From contig OZ024743.1 in NCBI GenBank assembly GCA_964016885.1, positions 319,052,001 through 319,116,000 of the forward strand: 64,000 bases of DNA, given 5' to 3'. The translations under genes and the position numbers were made by a program. Under the pieces are notes generated by a model. That model had not been told where the DNA came from, ran no database searches, and saw only the letters and a list, made by a program, of their open reading frames with translations. Origin of the DNA: Eledone cirrhosa (taxonomy: Eukaryota). Below are positions 59,646 to 64,000 of the stretch, piece by piece. Each line of letters starts with the position of its first letter. Positions within the stretch are counted from its first letter, which is position 1.

Positions 59646-62600
59646 TGGGAAACGGTATCTGGAAAAAAGAAAAGAAGAAACCAAAAAAGAAAAAATTCTC
59701 TTCCCTCCCCCTCCAAAAACAAAATCCAGAGGGAAACAAATAAACTATCAAACAAAAAAGTTAGGACAGATATGCCACCATCCACACCAGCATCACCAAC
59801 CTCATCACCACAAAAACCAACACCATCACCATCATTAACACAAACACCACCATCACCAACACCACAAAAGTCACCAAAAGTCACCAAAAAGCGAAACAGA
59901 AACAAACCCACAACAAACGCAAACAAAACAAAACAACCAAAACGATACACACTACACAGTATTAAATTTGAACAACAACCAATTATTACACTACATACAA
60001 CACAACACCAGCATCACAGAAAAAGACTACACAACAACCCAAAAGTTCACACCACCTCCACACATACAAATCACTCGCATCACACAGAAAACGTACACGA
60101 CACTAAAAAAAAAATTCCCCAAAGACATCGGAGACTTCCGACAAACACTCTCCAGGAGGATTTATAAGGACATCCTTCCGGAGGAGGCCACAAGCAGTGA
60201 AAAGGATGGACAAACCATCCTTCCTTTACGAGAAGTAAGGAAAGTGGTCTTCCCCATCTTTTCCACTCCATTTCAACATGACCTCACTCAGAATAGGCAG
60301 CATAAATGCACGTGGCTTGGGGTCGTCATGGAAGCAGGGCCACCTGCTCAACGACCTCAGGTCACTAAACATAGATGTAGTGGCCATCAGCGAGACCAGA
60401 ATCTCCGAAGCACGGGCCTTCGCACCGATCTTCGGCGGCTACGATGTGTACGCATCTCCCAGCCGTCCGGGATCGGGCGGGAGGAGTTGCTGTGCTTTTT
60501 CGGAGAGGTTTGGATCTCGCCATACGGGCCATCTTCCTGGACCCAGAAGGTAAGTTGGTAGTGCTGGACGTGACCAGAGGAGACGGGCAACCTTTCAGGC
60601 TAGTGGCCGTCTATGCCCCGACAGGAGCAGGGCGGCCTGATTTCTTCCGGCGTCTGGAGACTATTCTTGGAACGTCCCGCTCTTTAGTGTTAGTGGGCGA
60701 CTGGAAAGGGATCTTAGATGCACGCTGGAACTGTGTGGGATCAGCGGATAGGGAGGAGGGTGCAAGAGCCTCACCAACCTGCTCAGGCGTTTTGAACTGT
60801 CTGACAAGTACCGATTGGATTTCCTGAATGTACCAATGTGGACTTGGACAAATCGCATAGGGTCATCCAGATCATATCTAGATAGTGTATTTTGTAGGGA
60901 AATAGATAGGTCTAGCATAGGCTGTCCACAATTCAAGAGAGTCAGCTACACGGACCACAAACTTGTGATCTGTGTGCTTGAATTAGATAGGCTTCATAGA
61001 CGAGGACCCGGCTACTGGAAGCTAAACGCGTCCTTACCAGCGCGCAAGGCCTACAGAGACCGGATTAGCGAACTAGTTAAGCGGGCGTTGACGGCGGCCA
61101 TCGTCAACAACAAGTGGTGGTTTGCTCTGAAAATAACAATTAGAATAGAGTTCATTAGGTTTAGTAAGGCTTTAGCAATAGAGAAAAATAGAGCGGAGGG
61201 AGAATTAGTTAGAAAATTAGACGAGGCGCTTAGCAAAGGCATCGCGACCGACGTACTTGCGGCGAAATTGGCCCTTGACCAATTCTTCAATGCAAAGCAC
61301 GAAGGCTGCGTTGTCAGAGCTAGGGTGCGTGCTCTCAGACACGGGGGGACGAAAGCCGTTCAATGGGCCCGAGTGGCGGAGGCGCGTCGTGGCAACAAAG
61401 TCACGATCCGGTCTTTGGTGGGCCATGACGGGCGCATGCTACTCGATCTCGGGCAAATGTGTGAAGCTTTTCGGCGACACTTCGCACAGCTGTTCGGGGG
61501 CAGCGGCGGGCCGGATCGAGGGATGAACTTTAGTGTCTACCTCAACGGACTGCCGCGGCTCTCGGCCACTGAGGCGGAGTGTTGCGAAAAGCCGATAACA
61601 GCCGCTGAAGTACGGGAGGCAATGACTGGCTGCACAAGGGGTAAATCGCCTGGTTTGGATGGTCTGCTCTATGAACTTTACGTACAGATGCCAGGCTTGT
61701 CGGGAGGCCTCTTGGCGAACGTCTACTGCAACTGGCAATAGAACGGGAGAATTCCCAGCTCTGTGAGCCGAGGAGCTGTGGAGCTGCTGAGAAAGGATCC
61801 GAAGAGATTGGCTAGTAGATTTTTGTCGACGCCTAGAGTTTCGTCGTCGCTCTTCCCCTCCACTAATCCTTTATAGAACGGCGAGGTGCAGTTTCCACCG
61901 ATCACAATAACATAGATAATTTCAGGCCCATAACTCTGCTAAACACAGAGTTTAAGATTTTGGCCAAGGTGCTAGCAAAGAGGTTGGCGCTTGTCGTTGG
62001 TGGCCTGGTGGGAGAGGCGCAGACGTGCGCCATTCCCGACAGATCCATCCACGACAACCTCCACCTCATGCGATACATCGTAGAGAGGGTATCTAGGGAA
62101 CCTGGCACGGGTGATCCCTTGATCAATTTAGATCAGTCGAAAGCTTTCGATAGGGTCGACCATTGTTACCTAGCGGCAGTCCTGAGGGCGGCTGGCTTTG
62201 GGCCCGTCTCCAGAGGCTGGATCGCTGCCATGCACAGCGACATCTGCTGTGGTGAGAGTGAATTGTCCCCTTTCGGAACAGTTCAACAACATGCGCTCGG
62301 TCCGCCAAGGATGTCCCCTCTCGTCCCTCTTGTACGTATTGACTCTCGAGCCATTACTGCACAAACTGGAGACGTTGAGGGGGGTCCCGCGCGAACTAGG
62401 ATGCGGAAGATCCGTGTCAGCATATGCGGACAATGTCACCATAGTGGTGTCGAACGCCAAACACATCGAGGCGATCGGCACTACACTAAGAGAATACGAA
62501 GCGGTGACAGGAGCAATGATCAACCAGGAAAAGTCAGTGGGCCTGCAGCTCGGCACCTGGAGAGGCAGGTCAATGCCGTCCAACAGCGTCGTCGGGCGCT

Positions 62601-64000
62601 GGACGGACGGACCGGTTAAATTGCTAGGGGTCTGGTTCGGTCCAGACCTCCAGACGGACAAAAACTGGGACGAGGTGACGAGCAGGATGGCTTCTCTCAC
62701 CCAGAAATGGGCGGAGAGGAAGCTATCCCTGAAAGGTCGAGCGGAGGTTGCCAACGCGTAGATCGCGTCCGTCATCTACTACCGCCTGACCGTCGTACCT
62801 TGTCCTAAGCCCCGCCTGACTGCGCTCGAGCGTTTGCTCTTTCGCTTTTTGTGGAAGGGACGCGCTCCGATGGTCAGGCGGTCCATCTGCTGTCAACACC
62901 CGCTACGTGGAGGGCTGGGCATGCTGTGGCTGATGATGCGCAGACACGCGCTCAGGCTACAACATCTCCACCTCTTCCTCGACGGTCGTCAGGTGTGGTC
63001 GCCGTTTGCTAGACACGTCTTTTCCCAACTCGTCTCCTTGACGGAGCTGCAGTCCTGGGTCAAGCGAAGACCGAGAGGGAGCGCTTGGAGACTGGAATGT
63101 CTTCAGCCCTCGACCAATCGGGCAATGTGATCGGTGGAAACTGCACCTCGCCGTTCTATAGAGGATTAGTGGAGGGGAAGAGCGACGACGAAACTCTAGG
63201 CGTCGACAAAAATCTACTAGCCAATCTCTTCGGAAGGACTTTCGGGCCGGGACCTATGGACAACTTCCAGAAATCCCTGGCCTGGCAGTGCTACCGAGGA
63301 GCTTTGCCAGTTCGGGATAAACTCTACAGGCATGGAGGTGCCGTCAGCCGGGCATGTCCGAGATGCGCGCAGGGCGACGAAACCGTCCTGCACGCACTCG
63401 TCCAGTGTCCGAGCATTGCTGACTTGTGGGTTTATGTCGAACACCTGCTGTCACGTGTAGGACGGATCCAGCTATCAGCTGAGTCCATCGTGAGGATTGC
63501 CCCGCCCTCTTCCTTTAGCAAGCAGTTTTTATCTGTCTGGTGGCCATGGCGAAAGAGATAGTATGGTGGACACGTTTGAAAGGGCTGAAGACGAGCACTT
63601 ACCTCTTCGGTGATGCCCTGATTAACTTTTTTAAATTTCATTTGAAAAGGAAAATCAGGGTAGAGAGGGAAGTGCTCTCTTCCCAGCATTTTGTTGAAAG
63701 ATGGGTGAGAGAGGCAAGAATGGCCCGAATGAATGGGCCTACTCTGAGTATGTGTCTTTAAATTAAAGGTGGAAATCCGGGAGAGGGCACTTGCCCTGGT
63801 GGTCAGGGTCACTGTGGCCTTTTAATGGGCTTTCTCCACAAATGTCCTTCGGAAGTCTCCCCCCTATTGGGGAATTTTTCATTGTTATTTTTATTACATC
63901 CTCTGTTTTTTTTACACGCAGAAATGCTCATTTGTACCGTCCTGTATTGTCCTGTACTGTCCTTAATGTCTACTTTATGTAAACCCTTGTGGTTAATAAA
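59646..64000 (+). mobile_element. L1/Tx1-like LINE copy 2, 5'-truncated, multiply frameshifted, with an internal inversion
   Basis: Parallels 55392-59647; ends with AATAAA at the window edge. Confidence 0.92.

Larger units (their letters stand above)
53800..59647 (+). mobile_element. L1/Tx1-like LINE, near full length (copy 1)
   Basis: ORF1 + ORF2 + 3' UTR; 5' boundary approximate; 3' end lacks the final AATAAA seen in copy 2. Confidence 0.9.

Overview
AT-rich eukaryotic genomic DNA, not prokaryotic. The SINE families and very long (TA)n arrays suggest an octopod cephalopod, which is an inference from recalled repeat families. No host protein-coding gene is confidently identifiable; most ORFs in the track are microsatellite or antisense artefacts. 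The window is a nest of retroelements, many lying in (TA)n arrays. These include an intact CR1-group LINE ORF2 (19933-22878), a near-full-length Naiad-like Penelope element (RT + GIY-YIG, minus strand, 23.7-28.0 kb), several decayed Penelope elements, two tandem L1/Tx1-like LINEs (53.8-64 kb), R4-, RTE- and CRE-clade fragments, SINEs, Helitron and MITE remnants. The most striking feature is about 12 hand-folded type I hammerhead ribozyme (HHR) motifs plus about 8 decayed or half copies, most with palindromic minimal stem III. Two related ~420-510 bp non-coding, circularly permuted HHR elements (retrozyme-like) share a conserved octamer ATGCAAAT / TATA-like module upstream of the ribozyme. One HHR family carries a CAGAAGA (U4A) core in all three copies. 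Many HHR elements have 5' fold-back inversions. All folds and alignments were made by eye; boundaries of decayed elements are approximate.
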